Source: Planctomycetota bacterium (GTDB taxonomy: Bacteria; Planctomycetota; Planctomycetia; Pirellulales; Pirellulaceae). From it: a DNA stretch of 37,719 nt. Within the stretch, counting starts at the first letter, position 1. Each line of letters opens with the position of its first letter. The position numbers were made by a program, and so were the translations under genes. Below the pieces are notes generated by a model. The model searched no databases. It was not told the origin of the DNA and saw only the letters and a list, made by a program, of their open reading frames with translations. The DNA lies in contig JAJRWU010000135.1 of assembly GCA_024276655.1 (NCBI GenBank), positions 1-37,719 of the forward strand, read 5' to 3'. Positions 37,656 to 37,719 of this stretch are shown here, one piece after another.

Positions 37656-37719
37656 ACCAAAGGCATTTCGTCGGTCGGCACACGCAGACTCAGAGGTCGC
37701 CACGGAGCTTCTTTAGTCC

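Overview
This is a high-GC bacterial chromosomal segment of about 31 protein-coding genes on both strands. The gene content suggests Planctomycetota (DUF1573, membrane-anchored LRR, DUF1254/DUF1214 and Tat-signal secreted proteins, many GTG starts), but that assignment is inference only. Recognisable genes are: (i) an H-NOX haem-NO/O2 sensor with a hybrid histidine kinase; (ii) a run of secreted enzymes (neutral-ceramidase-like, Gly/Arg-rich repeat protein, tandem NTF2-like, DUF1254/DUF1214, PhoA-type alkaline phosphatase); (iii) glnE, the glutamine-synthetase adenylyltransferase; (iv) a eukaryote-type PRMT-like arginine methyltransferase convergent with a 59-codon GTG-start csrA that the ORF track missed; (v) a glycan cluster of TPR lipoprotein, WecA/MraY-family initiating transferase, Wzy_C (O-antigen-ligase/PglL-like)-TPR membrane protein and DUF1573 protein, with a divergent GT39 (ArnT/PMT-like) glycosyltransferase plus HEAT-like membrane protein; (vi) an NfeD-flotillin (SPFH) operon; (vii) a PepSY-TM protein. 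The window is unusually rich in interspersed repeats. A ~125-bp hairpin element flanked by CTNAG direct repeats occurs three times, two of them inverted and bracketing the alkaline phosphatase gene. A second family with 33-bp terminal inverted repeats has one complete ~200-bp MITE-like copy and several fragments, one abutting a frameshifted IS5-family transposase remnant. A near-identical palindromic terminator hairpin occurs five times. A 40-bp motif is shared upstream of the H-NOX operon and the PepSY gene. No rRNA, tRNA or CRISPR array was recognised.
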